Assembly (NCBI GenBank): GCA_963717465.1
Contig: OY970340.1
Span: 2,464,001-2,528,000, forward strand
Length of the DNA stretch: 64,000 bases
Direction: 5' to 3'
Origin: Candidatus Bathyarchaeota archaeon
Lineage (GTDB): Archaea > Thermoproteota > Bathyarchaeia > Bathyarchaeales > Bathycorpusculaceae
The notes beneath the pieces were generated by a model. The model had not been told where the DNA came from. It was given only the letters and a program-made list of their open reading frames with translations, and made no database searches. The position numbers were made by a program, and so were the translations under genes. Positions 62,603-64,000 of this stretch are shown here, one piece after another. The stretch's first letter is position 1. The number at the start of each line of letters is the position of its first letter.

Positions 62603-63335
62603 TTTCCATTTGCCCCAGTTTATCTAAAACTTTTTCAACTTCACTTCTTATGGTTTCAATTCTCTTTTCAGCTTCAGTCTTAGCATCAGATCTTTCAACA
62701 GGTGGTTTGCGTTTCTTCTTAGCCTTTTCTTCTGGGCTCTCAGCCTCACCCTCTTGATCCTCATCCAGTTTCTCCACTGGGGCAGCTGGAGCCTGCGGGG
62801 TTGGAATTTTTATAGGCACTTCTTTAATTGGTTGAACATCAATTCTTGACCTTAATTCTTCAACCTTGTAAGTTAATTCACCAAAACGCTCACTGAAAAG
62901 CTTCATCAAGTCTTCCTGCATACTTTCAAGTTCATGCAAGGCAACGATAGATTCATCTTTAGAAATAGATTCTTTTATAGAAGACATTCGCGCTTTATAC
63001 GAGGCAGCTATGCGTTCCCTTTCAACTTCAGAAATCTTACCTTCCGCTTGAGCCTCATACAAACGCCGTAAGGCATCACTTAAAATCTCCCGCTCTAAAT
63101 CCAAAATGCGCAATTCATCCTTAGCACTAGTAGCTGCAGTTGACTGAACGCTTTTTTGGATTCTAAAAGGCAAACCAGTCTGGTCAACTTGGTAATTAGT
63201 GTTAACTTTCCCTTTCGATTTTTGTTTAATAGGCTGTTTTGCTCTAAATACCATGGCGTAAACAATTGCTATAGTGCAACCGACTATCACCGCTAAGACG
63301 ACTGTAACAATTGCTGTGTCATCATACCAAGCCAT
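62592..63335 (-). CDS. Membrane-anchored coiled-coil protein
   Basis: N-terminal TM, helical core, charged linker, C-terminal helix. Confidence 0.7.
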   Translation of the reverse strand: MAWYDDTAIVTVVLAVIVGCTIAIVYAMVFRAKQPIKQKSKGKVNTNYQVDQTGLPFRIQKSVQSTAATSAKDELRILDLEREILSDALRRLYEAQAEGKISEVERERIAASYKARMSSIKESISKDESIVALHELESMQEDLMKLFSERFGELTYKVEELRSRIDVQPIKEVPIKIPTPQAPAAPVEKLDEDQEGEAESPEEKAKKKRKPPVERSDAKTEAEKRIETIRSEVEKVLDKLGQMEIES

Positions 63336-63734
63336 GCAGAGCTATCCCTTCTATTCTTTTATGTACGATGTATATATAAATTAGTGGCTTGACCCAGAAG
63401 AGGATGAATTGAATTTTTCGACAATAAACGAAGCCAAATATTAAAATGTTATAAGAGAGGCGGCGCGTTTTGAGTAAGATGACAGACGAAATTAAACAAT
63501 ATATATCAAGTTACAGTTATGGTAACGCTTGACTAAATAAACCTAATAATGAATGCTCTCTTAAGGCAAATGATGCAGACACTTGTCCCACAGGTTAAGT
63601 TTTAGATGGGATAATAGATTTTATGTAGGAATATTTTGTCTTTGAGTTGAGTTTAATCTGAATTGTGATTAATGATTTGAATTCGATAAAATAATAATAG
63701 TACATGCGAGCAGTAAGATTCGGAGTTAAATGGG

Positions 63735-64000
63735 ATGGAAATGCTTGAGAATAGACAGTTCATAATTGACCAAAGGCTCTTGTCAGTAAGAAACACCTAC
63801 GTCGTTAAAGATAGGAGTGCACAAGAATTAGGTTTTATCAAACAAGAATTTTTGAGTGTCGGACCTAATTTCTGGCTTGAAGACCTGAGGGGCAATCATT
63901 TAGGTACAATTAACGGAAAAGTTGTCTCGGTTCACGCTGAGTACGATATAAAAGATAAAGAGGGACAATTGAAGGCTAAAGTCAAGAAAAAAATCTTGAA
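63735..64000 (+). CDS. LURP-one/Tubby-like protein (3'-truncated by window edge)
   Basis: MEMLENRQFIIDQRLLSVRNTYVVKD...GFIKQ...GTINGK...YDIKD open to the window end. Confidence 0.6.
   Translation, partial: MEMLENRQFIIDQRLLSVRNTYVVKDRSAQELGFIKQEFLSVGPNFWLEDLRGNHLGTINGKVVSVHAEYDIKDKEGQLKAKVKKKIL

Noticed and set aside
62592..63335. CdvA/ESCRT-related assignment from the coiled coil and MIM1-like tail
   Set aside because: No PRC-barrel or Snf7 pattern recognised and no cdv genes adjacent

Overview
Archaeal chromosomal window, most likely Bathyarchaeia. This is inferred from archaeal RadA, Rqc2/NFACT, tandem PurP, an EF-2 paralog lacking the diphthamide His, BHB-intron tRNA and many PAS kinases. 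Left part: radical SAM and SAMP, an AOR operon, peptidases, a cluster of two-component kinases (one decayed), tRNA-Gln and tRNA-Arg. Centre (24.4-33.7 kb): a co-regulated module with two SCP2-like proteins, a corrinoid protein, pyrrolysine-free MttB- and MtmB-family methyltransferases, and a Mo/W-bisPGD oxidoreductase. The oxidoreductase has an in-frame TGA at its metal-ligand position, followed by a bacterial-type SECIS-like hairpin (candidate selenoprotein). Five fixed-spacing copies of an ~80-bp promoter/operator element drive the module; one drives a ~220-nt structured region with no ORF (candidate new ncRNA), and a divergent Lrp/AsnC regulator is adjacent. Right part: housekeeping genes (ogg, EF-2 paralog, pur, radA, rqc2, hypFCD and hypE with a frameshifted hypF, rpiA) and a tRNA-Met(CAT) that reconstructs only after removing three BHB introns, one inside the acceptor stem (68/69). 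All family calls come from motif recognition by eye; no searches were run.
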